DNA of 64,000 nucleotides. Origin: Lama glama. Its lineage: Eukaryota. Position 1 is the stretch's first letter. Every line of letters begins with the position of its first letter. The notes below the pieces were generated by a model. The model was given only the letters and a program-made list of their open reading frames with translations, did no database searches and was not told where the DNA came from. Where the stretch lies: NCBI GenBank assembly GCA_028534125.1, contig CM052827.1, forward strand, positions 67,332,001 to 67,396,000, written 5' to 3'. The position numbers were made by a program, and so were the translations under genes. Of the stretch, positions 13,261-25,300 are shown piece by piece.

Positions 13261-13489
13261 AAGAATAACCCCTCGATAGTGTCTCAGCTCCTCGCACGGC
13301 GCCACCGGGATGCAGGGACTATGACTGTGGTTTCAGTGACAGCCTAGAGGATCGCGATTTTAGATAACTTGCCCCACAAAGCACGCTGGTGACAGGGTGT
13401 CCTCGGCTCAGACGCAGGTGCCACTAGTCCAAGACCTCAGCCCCCTCCACTGCCCAGTGCTGTCTTCTGATAACTCAGGCTCTCCAGCT

Positions 13490-13675
13490 ACGTCCGCATG
13501 GCAAGTAGTTTCATGTGCAAATTCCCACTGCGTCCTAACAGCTGCCTTACAAAAACCTGCCATCCGTTCCTTTTATAAGTGAGGAAGCAAAAGCTCAGAA
13601 AAGTTAAGAAACTCCCCTGTGGTCCCCAGCAACGTCATATCTAAATCCAAGTCTCCTGAATTCCGGATCAGGAGT
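13490..13675 (-). mobile_element. MIR SINE
   Basis: ttttataagtgaggaagcaaaagctcagaaaagttaagaaact is the antisense MIR core. Confidence 0.7.
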
Positions 13676-13975
13676 CCAGTATGACAGAGGAATCACAGGA
13701 AGGAACTGCGAAGCAACGCGCTTGCTGCCGGCAAAGCAGCCCAGGCGCCCGAATGCACGGGCCGCCAGCCCCTCGGCGGCGCCCACGGGGAGCACCGCGG
13801 ACAGAGGCGCGGCGGGAGGGCTGCCCTCTGCTGCCCCTGGCCTGGTGCCCCTCCTGCCACCCGGGGCGCTTTTGGCTCAGAGACGTTACCTGCAGAGGTG
13901 TGCACGTGCCCCCTCCCCACCCCCATCTTATCAGTGACATCAGCTCTTTTTCATCAGCTGAAATAATCAAGCTTA

Positions 13976-14114
13976 NNNNNNNNNNNNNNNNNNNNNNNNN
14001 NNNNNNNNNNNNNNNNNNNNNNNNNNNNNNNNNNNNNNNNNNNNNNNNNNNNNNNNNNNNNNNNNNNNNNNNNNNNNNNNNNNNNNNNNNNNNNNNNNNN
14101 NNNNNNNNNNNNNN
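13976..14114. other. Assembly gap
   Basis: Run of N. Confidence 1.
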
Positions 14115-15089
14115 TCCCTCCTCCTTCTCTCTCTCCCTCCCTCCCCCGACTCTGCAGACTGTCCTCTTCCCGCCAGGCAACATTCCTCCTTCTCAGGACT
14201 TGGAGATTCCCCGTCTCCCCTACAGAGCGCCATCCAAAGGCAACGTGACTCTATTCTCAGACAAAACTTTCTAACTTATCCCCAGCGCCCACCCTTCTTC
14301 CCACCGTGGCAGGCGTGTGCGTTCCCCCCAAAGATCACTGATTAAAGGGACAGACTGGCAAGGGGCCCAGATCCTGATGCGGACGGTTGGGTCTTCCGCC
14401 CATCCCAGGCGCCAGGTGAGCTTGGTCCTCCTTGGTGTTGACAAGGAGCAGGAAGAAAACAGAAGCAGCTGACACACAAAAGCCTCCTCAGGTCTGGGCT
14501 CCTCCCCACACAGAGGCCGTGCAGGTGGAGCCGTGTGAATCCACCAACACCCGGTTTGCCTTTGCCACAACCCCAGATATTCCTGGGGTTATAGGTTCAG
14601 TCAATACCAATTATTTAAATATTCAATAATGTGCCCCTTGTAACTTAATCCACCATTCACTGTGCAAGCCAGTTCTGCTCTGGACCCTTCCCCAAGTTGG
14701 ACCTGACCCTTTCCTGACTTGGATCTGGAAAGACCATGCATTTCTCTTTGCTTGACTTCTGCTTGCTGTATTTACAAAAGGCTTTTCTCACTACGGCTTT
14801 ATTGACAGGAGAGCCACCACCACCACCACTCCATGTTTGTGGGGCAGCAGGTGCATTTTGGATACCGCTCTGCCCGTGACACGCCTTACCCGTGTCCCCG
14901 TGATGGCACACGCTGCCGTCTCCCCCTCATGGCCTTGTCTGCTGCACCCACTGCCCCCCCAAATCATGAGCTTGGCGCATCCTACGTCTAGGAACTAAAT
15001 GAATACACTTCCCTTCTCCAACCAAAGGGATTTACTGCTGATCCGTCTTAAGGAACACGGGTCTTAATACCATCAGCATGACTAATAAG

Positions 15090-15310
15090 ATCTCTGTCTC
15101 TTACGACATCCTTGCCGTGGGCCAGGCTGTGCGCTACGTGCTGCACGGGTGTCGCCGTAGTTACTTCGCACGGTAACCCTGCGCAGGAGGCACTGTCACT
15201 GGTCTTCACTCCACAGGTGAGTTTCCGTAAGGTCATCCAGAGCCCGGCCGCTTAGGGTTACCTACGCCGTCTTCAGGTCTGGGTCCTAGAGAGTCAAAGC
15301 CCACGCTGTT
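15090..15310 (-). mobile_element. MIR SINE (GC-shifted)
   Basis: gtgggccaggctgtgcgctacgtgctgcacggg...cacggtaaccctgcgcagg...cactccacaggtgag follows the antisense MIR layout. Confidence 0.55.
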
Positions 15311-16929
15311 TACCAGCTCCTCCAAGCTCAACCCCCAGGTTACTCCCCTGAAGCACTGAACACTAAGAGCACATGTTGGTCATTAACCCCGATTTTAGAG
15401 GAGTTGCATTTCCCGGATTCTAAAGTCTTGGTCCCCTTGGGGTCCGCCTTCCTGGGAAGGGGAAAGGTAAGTGCTCGGCGTTTTTTGCTCCAGTTTAGTA
15501 AAGCCACGCTTATGTTTTTCAAAAATGAAAACCAAAGCTCATTATCTGTGATAACTGAAAAACATCGAGCTGGATGGACGGTACATTCTGCCTCGGGAAG
15601 GGAGGGCTGTAGCGGAGAGAGCTGGGGCAGGGGGCTCGGGCCCGCTTCCGGCCCCACCAAGCAGCTCTGTGGCCTTGATCTTCCTGACCTCGATCTCCTC
15701 ATCTTCAGCAGGAGGAGGTTTCCCATCCTTCTCCCACGATGCTGGGGGATTCGACGTGACCGTAAGACCTTGGGTAAGGGACCGGCACAGGACCCCGCGT
15801 GGAGCAGACACTCGGGTTAATCACATCGGAGTCTGAATTCTTCTGAACTCCCTGCGACATCTGTGTAAAAGCAAGTTAAATCCGAAGTCAGACCCTGATC
15901 TCGCCACACGGTCTTCCTCTGGCCCCGTAGGTTAATAGATCTTTGCATTTATCAGCACTGTTCTCACCCCTATGTTTGTATTACCTGCGTACCACAAGGC
16001 GTGTGGTAGAAAGAATTATCTTTCCATCCTTATCCTTTGGGTCATCTCCTTGCATTAACCTCTATTGGAAAACACTGGAAGCTAAATGTGAATAGAAAAC
16101 ACAAAGTCCGCTGAACTAGAACTCGGGTCAGTGTTTGGAACTGAAGTCGTGCTTTACTGATACCCGTGGAAGCCTCCTCAGGAGGCTCGCAGCGGCTTTC
16201 CAGCGCTGGCTGGATCACAAGGACGCCCGCGACCTCTGACCTTCCGATCAGCTGCTCATCTATCATCTAACATCTTCGGCTGAGCGAAGAGCAGGGTATC
16301 CCTAAGAGCAGGTTTTAATTATTAATATATATTAATAATGCATTGCATTATCTTTTCACTGGAGTGCCGGGTTTGGATACAGTCAAGTTTTATGAATTAC
16401 TGTCAGTTTGAACAGGGCAGTTTAGATAGGAGTGTCATTTTTCAATAAGTCATTGCAGTCTGGATCAGTTTATCCCACGTTCCCTCTGGTCAATGGCCCA
16501 GGGAAGAAGAATGCCCAGAGTGGCGAGGGGATCATGTTGTGCATTCTAATTCTACTCCTTTTTGTTCTGCAAACAGCATCCACAGTTTGCTAGGAGACCT
16601 ACCTGAGCTCAGCCCAAGTGGGTCAGTTAAGTAAGCTGGTTCCTCCTCTGTCCCCAGGGGTGGGCGTGTACCCCAGGCCTGGCCAGTCAGGGTGTGGCTG
16701 AGGATGGGCATGCGACCCAGTCAGAGACGGTCAGAGCCACCCCAGGGGTCCCGGGACATGTCCCCCTGGGGTCACTCCCTCCACTGAGTCTGCGTGTGTG
16801 TGCGTGTATGTGTGAGTGTATGTGAGACACAGTTTTTATGTGGGTGCCCGGGTTCGCAGGGTTGGGAGGCAGACAAGGAGCATGATGCCTGGAGCTTGAA
16901 ACCATGCAGAATCATTTCTAGAAAGATGG

Positions 16930-17215
16930 TTGTTACCATTTATGGAGGACTTGAATCTGTACTAAGCCTTTCGTATGAATCATATCCCTTCGCTTTTTTT
17001 TGTTCTTTGTTTTTTAATTGAAATACAGTCGATTTACAAGGTTGTGCTAATTGCTGGTACACAGCGCAGTTGGAGCATCCCCTTTTAATTCTCACAGCAA
17101 CTCCATGAGGTGGACCATAGCATCGTCACCCACGTGTTGCACGTTAGGACACGCCCAGAGGCACACAGAGTCCAGATTTGAACTGAGGTCTGTCCTCTAG
17201 CTCCCGGCACTTCTG
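16930..17215 (-). mobile_element. MIR SINE interrupted by a short L1 3' end
   Basis: accatttatggaggactt...ctaagcctttcgtatgaat resumes as ttttaattctcacagcaactccatgagg after the insert. Confidence 0.65.
16994..17070 (-). mobile_element. Extremely 5'-truncated cetartiodactyl-type L1 3' end
   Basis: Poly-T then ttaattgaaatacagtcgatttacaaggttgtgctaattgctggtacacagc; flanks catatccctt / catcccctt resemble a decayed target-site duplication (TSD). Confidence 0.8.
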
Positions 17216-18224
17216 CTCCACAAACGTGTTACTCGTCAGTCTAATTAACAATTTACAAAGGGCTCCTGAATTCTCCATACGTAGACTTGTTAAACCAAGT
17301 TTGTGTTAGATAAGAAAGGAAACACATTTGTCATTTTATTCACTTGGTAATGGAAATATTTTGATCATTGTACTTTCACCCTGGGTGTTTCAAAGAGGCA
17401 GAAATGCAGATGAAGGTCTGTTGCGTTGTGTTGTTTTGTTTTTCTACCAAACTGGCTTCATACTTCCGGGGAATTTAAGCTACGGTGACTTCCCGGTCGT
17501 CAGGAAACAGCGTTACAGATTGTGCTTCCCGTCGCTGATAAAAAACCTCCGAATTAGAAAGGTGATTAGAAGTTCCTTGGAATGTGACTCTGAATATAGA
17601 AGCGCAGAATGGAAAACCCAGTGATGGGTAATTGCTCGTGACATGAATGGACCTATGAAATATACATTTCCCTTCTCCCCGTCTTGCCTCAACTCATTCG
17701 CTACTTCAGTTTGTATAATAGTTGAAACTCCTGGCAGAGCAGAGGCAGTAACTGCAAACAGCTGTAAATTATTGCTCATCTTGCTGATCAAAATGACTTC
17801 CTGCTAAATAAACCATGAGAAAAGCTTTTCCGCCCACAGAGAAGTGAAGTGCAAATGATACGTGGGCTCCGTGAGGAGAGCAACAGGTCGCATTTTCCTG
17901 CAGCTGTGGTTCTGTGCAGCTGTGGTCACTGTCAGAGGTGGCTTAGAAAGTCAACTATGTTCAGAAAAAACTGGGGTCATGGCGTTCCCAGGACAGTAGG
18001 ACTCCCGAGCAGCACCTGGAGTTCCAGAGCTTTTAGGAGCGCCGTCTTGCTTCTTCTCTCAGACCTTCCAACTTGGTGAGCGCAACTCGCAATGTGGTTT
18101 TATGTATCCTTATTTTGGACACCACTCAGTTTATCTTACCTTCAGAGACACTGACTCCAAGGAACATTAGCTAGACATCGCGTCTTGGTCTTCTGTCTGG
18201 TTCTGAAGTTTCAAAGTAAACATG

Positions 18225-18313
18225 GTGGTGACGGCGCTGGCAGTGGTGACGGTGTTGACAGTGGTGACGGCGTTGACGGTGGTGATGGCGCTGGCAGTGG
18301 TGATGCTGCTGCA
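18225..18313. repeat. 18-bp minisatellite, nearly 5 copies (unit ~gtggtgacggcgctggca)
   Basis: Units start at 18225, 18243, 18261, 18279, 18297. Confidence 0.92.
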
Positions 18314-19489
18314 GGAAGCATCCGGTTCCAGCTCTCTGACGTGAGAACAGTCTGGTGCCGGAGTCACAGCTTTGACCTCTGACGTCACCGCAGCCATCTG
18401 CCCAGACTACACTGCGGGCTCTCTGTGTTCCTCTCGAACTAGGGGATTAGGTGATTTTCAGCGAATTATAAAAGTTAGAACTCTTCCTCCACACTCAGAC
18501 GTAAACCTTGGTCCCCTACCTGTCTTCTTTTCCCGAATCAAGACTCTCATAAAATTTGCTACTAAACCTGTCTTCCCATTTGGACTCCTGAAGCCTGACC
18601 AGGTCTGCGCTCATGAACGCACGTCAGATCCGTCCTCCGTCACCGACCCCGCGCCGTCACCAGCGATTGCCCTTCACTCTCATCTTCCCTGGTTCTTTGC
18701 ACCTGCTTCGACGCCGTGCTCCAGCCCCAGGCCTTTCCGTGCTCTTACCTCTTACCTGCTGGGGGCACTCCATTTTCATTCACCTTCAGGACCTTCTGTT
18801 GGGGATTTGTGACGTGGTTTGGATATGGAACTTTTTACCATGATGTTACCTCAGAGCTAATAAACCTGAAGAAATGCTTAATACTGTTCATCTTCCTGCC
18901 AGGGTCCACTCCTCCTTTCAGCTGTGTGTCCCATCAGTGCCACCACTGTCGGCCCAGGGGTGCAGGGAGGAGGCAGGTCCCCTCGGCACAGTGAACGTGC
19001 AGGGGCTCAGCCAAGGTTTGCTGCATAAATAAACGAATGGATTTGCACAGAGCTGCCCTTGTAACTAGGCTGACCGCTGTTGCCTTGGCCTGAGTTTTAC
19101 TCTCTGCAAAGAGAGTGTCTAAGAGCTTATACCAAGGTTTTTGTCTGTCCCTCAGGACAGACTCAGGACATACACTGTGAACTGAACTGCACTTGTGGGA
19201 TCTGCATATTTCACGTTGAAAATATCTAATACCTTGTAAGCAGGGTGTTGCCAGCAGGAACCTGTACATCAACAGCTGCAAAGGACGTCCGGCACCTCCT
19301 CAGCGTTGTGCCCAGCCCCGGGGAAAAGGCAGGGCAGGTAACAGTGAGAAACGCAGCGCAGACCAGTGAAGGGCACGTTGCTGGCTGTGGCAAGCAGTCC
19401 AGCTGTGTCTGGGGGACTCCTAGCTCAGTGGCCTTCTCCTGTGAACAATGTCTCAGCCACAGGTGACGCCCGTGAGCCCCAAGGCTGTG

Positions 19490-20419
19490 ACGCCATAGAA
19501 CCGCAGCGTGAGAGGAAAGAAGAGGCTGTCGTCTGCACCCAGAGCCCCGTGGAGTGTGTGAGGGGACCCTCCGAGTTCACCGGCTGCTTCTGTGCTCCAG
19601 CTGGGGGGCGCTTCCCGACTTGAACAATCCTCTGACGCCAGCTGGGTGGCCCGCGGTCCCATTCGGTCCTGACACCAGCGGCCTGGAGCTAGAGTCAGAG
19701 CCCACGGGCTAAGGGCTCGGTCCCCACCTCCCAAGTCCCAGGCTGTCCCTCGTGCTTCTGACCAACTGCCCATAAAGCAGGGTCTCCAGGCTGCTCCCTG
19801 GGCTCGGGCGCTTGCCAGAATGGCTCGTGGGCTCGGGGAAGCCCTTACTTATGTCACCAGCTTATTATACGATTGAAGACACAGCCCAGGGCACAGCTGA
19901 ACAGCCAGATGGAGAGAAGCACAGGGTCAGGTCCCGCGGAGTCCTGCGCGCAGGGGCTTCTGTCCCCTGGGGTTGGGGCGCACTGCCCTCCTGGTGTGGG
20001 GCTGTGTTCACCAACCGAGAAGATCTCTGAGCCCCGTAGTTGAGATTTTTGTGGAGGCTTCCTCATGCAGTCTTGATCAATTACTAACTCCACCTCCATT
20101 TCCCCTTCTCAGAGGATGCGGGGTGGGTGGGGCCGAGTGCCAAGCTTCTAATCACCGTTTGTCATCCTGGTGACCCGCCCTCATCCAGGAGCTATCTGAC
20201 ATCGCGCTGAGTGTTGTCTCATTAGACCAAAAGACGCTCCCACCGCCCAGAAAGCTCCACGAGACTTGGGAGCTCTGTGTTGAGAATGGGAGTCAAAGAC
20301 TAAAGCTAGAACAAAAGATGCTCTTAGCGCTTTCATTGCTTAGGACATTGCACGGTGTTTGGGAGCTCTGGCCAGGAACCAGGGAAAGAGACCAAAATAC
20401 ATATTTCTTTTATATCACA
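19490..20419 (-). mobile_element. MER21-family solo LTR
   Basis: Ends gggagctctggccaggaaccagggaaagagaccaaaatacatatttcttttatatcaca, the reverse complement of the MER21 5' end; internal aacagccagatggagagaagcacaggg is typical; left edge approximate. Confidence 0.8.
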
Positions 20420-22029
20420 ATAGCACAGGTGTGGCTGCCTGAGACCAGGTGGAGGGGAGAGCGGTCCTTCCCCAGAAGTGACTGAGTGTGCACCGTGCCC
20501 GCTTCCCCTGGTTCACGAGCAGGACACGGGGAGCCAGGTGCGTCCTCTGTGGTTCTGCGCAGGCCTCCAAGTCCCTTCCCGGGCAGCGGGTGCCTGCTGT
20601 GCTGAGCTGGAGTCTCAGGAGGCAGGGCTGACTTCCCCTCCTCCTCTATGGGGGACACCACCATGTTACACAGGAAGTCACCTCCTTGATGAGGCCACGT
20701 GCTTCTGGCGACAGATTCCTCCTCTGTGTCCATCCCCAGGGGTGAGCTGTGATTTGTCTGCGCTAGAATATGGGGGCTCCTGGGAGCCAGGTGGGAATGT
20801 GCTTTGTTCTGTGTCCCACACATTGAAGCTGGTTTGGCACCTCTGGACCTCGCCCACTAACTGCTGGTAGCCTCTCCAGTCCTTGTGACCCCAAAGCCCC
20901 CACACTTTTGCTCACATCTCGATGGGGAGCACTGGCTTTGTTCCCCTTGCCAGTGGGCAGCCAGCACAGCCATGTGAGGGGGCGCTAATGAGCAGGACGT
21001 AGGGGAGGGCGGTGGTGGGCTTCCAGGGGACATTTTCCTCTCTGACTGAAAACAATACAGAGAGAAATCGCCCCTCTTCCTTTGCTGGACGAGGTCGTGC
21101 TGGGTGCGATGCCCGGCGGTCCTGCAGCCACCTCGCAGCCGCAAGAGGAGCTGGACTGAAGTGTAAAGGGAAGTGAACTGAGACGGCAAAACAGAAAGCG
21201 GGAGGAGCCGGTCCTGGGTGATGCCTCTGGCCACCAAATAACCAGCCCTGGGCCCCCGGCCTGGAGCGTCTGAGAAATGACGGGGGCTCCTTACGGCTTC
21301 ACCCGGAAGAACCGGGTTTGTCTCTAACTTGCAGTCGAAGGCCTAGCGAACACAAGGCCTGGCGCTGGCTGCTGGGACGGGGTGAGGCCGTGGGAGAGCT
21401 CGAGACACCCTCCCGGGAAAGAGAGGAAGGGCGGGGAGACCCTTCTGGGGGAAAGGGGGCGAGAGGGGCAGCGTGCCAGCGCGGGGCCCAGCGTTGGTAA
21501 TGCAGGGGCCCCGTTCACAGTCCCACAGCCGCGGAAGGACGCGGGGGAAGTGAGGACAGAGGGCCGTGGAGCTTAAGCAAGAGGAGGACTTCGTCGCCTC
21601 TGATGTTCCTGTGCTCTTTCTTTTGAAGTTTTAAAGGTGAACCTTCAAGTTTTGAAAAATGGCTTTGTTTCTTTTTTTCCTTTTGGGCTTCCTTCCAAAC
21701 AGTAAATGTTGGCCCCAAATGGAGCACTTTTCTCCTTCCCGAGCTCCTGCAGAAAGTAGACAGTGATGGGCACCTCCATGTCAATGCTGCGTCCCATGTA
21801 TATTTCACAAGCCTTGAAGAGATCTGACGACCCTAGTGTTTTTATTCAGCAAACTCAACTCTTAAAAGGATGTGAAGCGACTTGGAGCAAATTCAGGTAC
21901 CAGAGAGGCAAAAACCGTTAATGTGGAGTAAAAGACACGTGGAGCGAAGAGGGACTGACTCGGAGACGCCTTTGCCAGTTAGCTTGCTCCGTGCCCCAGA
22001 CTCTGGAGACATTCTCATACATGCGTATT

Positions 22030-22605
22030 TATTCTTGTATGTGTACCGTTCACACCCTGGAGAAATCCTTGCACGTGTGTATGTATATAAAGAACTATTC
22101 AAAAGTGTTTGTGGTACCATTGTTTGAGACAGGAAAAGATCAGAAATAACCTAAATGTTCCTCACTGAGTGAAGGAATAAATAAAATATGGCACATTCAT
22201 ATGACAAGTACTATACAGCCACCAAAGGGACAAGCTGAATCTCCATGCACCGACGTGGTCAGGTCTCGAGAAACATTAAATGCAAAAAGCACCACTGTGT
22301 GTACCGTCTATCATCTGTTACATTTTAAATCACACACTTTTTTTTTTTTACAAAAGCACATGTTTGTGTGCAGAGGCGTATAAAATGGACTGCAGAAAAC
22401 GCAGCAGGCTCTTCTCGGGTTGGCCGTGGGGACACTGGAGGGGAGAGGGACTGGGTGCGGGAGCAGGATGTTAGCTAAGTGGTAAAGCTGTACTTCCTTA
22501 AGGACTGCTGAAAACAAACGTGGGGAAATGCTAACAGAGGTTAGTTGTGAAATTGGGGATATAGGCGCCTATTATGTCCTTCTTTGAAGTTTATTAAAAG
22601 AAAAA
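22030..22605 (+). mobile_element. Ancient L1 (L1ME/MC-like) 3' fragment
   Basis: gaaataacctaaatgttcctcactgagtgaaggaataaataaaatatggcacattcat resembles the L1 ORF2 end and 3' UTR. Confidence 0.7.
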
Positions 22606-22927
22606 GCCAAGAAGTAAGAGGAGGCATGCATTAAAACACAGAGGCGTGAGCAGCGGAAAACAAGGAAGCCCAGCTCCGAGCATCCTTGTTTCCTAGCAAC
22701 CAGCACGGTCAGTAAAGCACACGCAGACCCGCGTCCGCCACGTCGCTGGAAGGAGCGGACGTCATCGCAGGGCTCGGCTTTGGGGGCACCTTGGCACCAA
22801 GGGCTGGAGCGACGTCGTGCACAAGGCCTTTGATGGCGGTGCTGCCTGCAGTGCAGGGTGTTTCAGCAGCGCTGGGGGGTCTTGAATCAGCTCTCAGGAA
22901 GTAATCTGGACACACCGTGAAATCTCA

Positions 22928-23352
22928 CGGGCACACCTCGGAGACTGCAGGCTGGCTTCCAGACCACTGCAATAAAGCAGTATCGCAACAAAGTGAGTCG
23001 TGAATTTTTTGTTTCCCAGTGCACATAAAAGTAACACTTACACTACAGTGTAGTCTTTAAAGTGTGCAGTAGATTAATGTCCAAAAAACCCCCACTATAT
23101 ACATCTTAATTTAAAAATACTTTATTGCTAAAAATGCTAACCATCACCTGAACCTTCAGTGAGGCACGATCTTTGTGCTGGTGGAGGGTTTGAAAAATTG
23201 CAAGAATGATCAAAACATGACACAGAGTTACGAAGTGAGCAAATGCTTTGGGAAAATGGCACCGGTAGACTTGCTCAGCACAGAGCTGCCATAACCCTTC
23301 AATTTGTGAAAAATGCAATAAAGCCAAGTGCAGTTAAAACGAGGTCTGCCTG
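22928..23352 (-). mobile_element. Tigger1-derived internally deleted TcMar DNA transposon (425 bp)
   Basis: Terminal inverted repeats (TIRs) cgggcacacctcg / cgaggtctgcctg versus Tigger1 CAGGCATACCTCG; both subterminal regions present, transposase absent. Confidence 0.88.
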
Positions 23353-24689
23353 TGCTTCCGTACAGACAGTTCAACTCGGGGGTCAGTGGAACGCAGCACA
23401 GACAGGTGACTGTCTCCCGACCCGGCTTAGCATAAATCTGGGGGAACTGGGAGGAGGAAACGCGCCACACACCCTCGGCCCCCAGCCGCTCTCCTTCGCA
23501 CAGCAGGTGACATCGCAGGCGGGACGCCTCCCGAGGGTGTGCGCAGCCTTAAGCACGGTTCCCACACAAGAAAGCGCATCGTGGTCCCAGCGAAAGCGAC
23601 ACTCTCTGAGGGTCGGCCATGCTCACGTTTCATTAGTAGTAAAACTGTCCTCCTGGACATTTCTTTTCTTTGACTGAGACCAAGTTTTGTGTTTGTGCTG
23701 TGGCTGAAGCCCTCATCCCAGGTCAGAGCTCTCCACTGCCTGCTGTCTCCTCCACGCTTTTGAGAGCTGTTGGGTAGGCACCGCGGGAGCGTGGGAAGGG
23801 CAAAAGGAATGGATACCCCTGTCCCTTCCTGTCCCTACGGCCAAAGTGAAGGAGGAGAAAACGTGTCCCCGAGAGACACCACAGCGGCCAAGCCCAGCGG
23901 GGCTCCTGTGCGCAGGGCGGCTTTAAGGTCCTCGGTAGAGTGGAGCGCGCGGCTGGCAGGGAGGACGGCTGTCCTCAGCTCTGCCTCCCCTCCCTGGACG
24001 ACCGCAGGCCAGGCACCCCGGGGACAGACCCCCCGTCCGGCTCTGTAAATTGAGGGGTGGAATCCAACGATGGCCTCTAAGCGTCCTCTGGCTCTGGATG
24101 CCAGGAAGCCCCGTGGTGGTGCCGGGATCGGCTCCGTCAGATGTGGGACCCAGTGCACATGGGTGGGGCTCCTTGTTCCAGAGTTATGAAGAACTTCAAG
24201 ACGACAACGACAGAGCATTAAATCGAGTGTGAGCCCCTTCTGAACTCAGGGCTCTCTGCGCTTCCTGCGGTGGGGCTGGCCCATCTCTCAGGGGACGTGG
24301 GAGAGGCTGGGGGCAGCCAGAGGCAGGACAAAGGGCAAGTCAGAAGGGCCGAGCAGGGCCCAGCGCTCTGGGAGGGCAAGACCAGGGTCGTGGAGGGGGG
24401 ACAGCTCAACCCCGAGGCAGCCCTCCCTGTGGCCTCCCCGGCTCTCAGCCATGGTCCGACTGCCCCAGATTTCAGAGCTTTCGAAGATCTTGCCTTCATT
24501 CCAAAACCCAGGCGAAGTCTCGGGTGTTGGGCTTCACAGCGACCCGGGCGAGGAAGCCCGGCACACGCCGCAGTTAAGGTGGTCAAGAAGCAGGCAGCCG
24601 ACTGGCGCTCCTTCCTGCTGAAGGCACAGCCCCTCGGGGTGGGATGCTGGCAGAGGTGTCTGGGGCTTGAATGAGTGAGAACAGACTGC

Positions 24690-24960
24690 ACGGACGGTGG
24701 CCGGAGCTGCGCTCTTCTGCCTGACGTGGTGCGTGTGGCCCCGCCTCCGCCCGCGCGGTGACCGCTCTTACTTCTGCGCACGGCCCCCGGCGTCAGCGGA
24801 GACCCCCGGCCAGCCGGGCCTCACTCAGTGCACGGCGGGCCGGGGGGCTTCCAGTAAGACCCGTGCGCCGCCACCCAAAGCTCCCGTCAGAGGGGTCGGC
24901 TCCGGAAGTTTTCTGATCCGTGGCAGGGATATTGTCGGCAGACTAGTAGGTCCACGTTGG
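24690..24960. promoter_or_regulatory. Small CpG-rich promoter-like element
   Basis: TGACGTGG 24722, GC box ggccccgcctcc ~24738, ETS CCGGAAGT 24902, dense CpG, possible donor CCA|GTAAGA after 24853. Confidence 0.45.
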
Positions 24961-25139
24961 AGTTTCCCAACATGAGGTCTTTGGTGGCAGCTAACAGTAA
25001 AGAATGATGGTGCTGAGGAAACACCTGTGCTGAACCGCTTTCCCGTAGCCCCAGAAGGCAGCTTTCTGCAGCAAATCCCTTCCATTCCTGGGCTTAAAGG
25101 AATCGGGGTGGCTTTGTGAGAGGGGACACAGGGCTGAGG

Positions 25140-25300
25140 GGGGGGCCTGAGCTTCAGCCCCAGTTCCCATTTACACACTGAGTGGCCAGAGGTGAGTCAT
25201 CTGTCCAGCTGTGTGTTAGTGTTCCCTCTGAAAAATGGCGACTGAATACCGGCCTCGTGGGGATGCTGTGGCCATAAAATGAGGCAACAGATTAAAAAAT
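25140..25300 (+). mobile_element. MIR SINE
   Basis: cccagttcccatttacacactgagtggcc...gttccctctgaaaaatggcga...cctcgtggggatgctgtgg. Confidence 0.55.

Noticed and set aside
18167-18397. Gly/Asp-rich and Thr/Val-rich repeat ORFs
   Set aside because: Translation artefact of an 18-bp minisatellite; no splice or homology support
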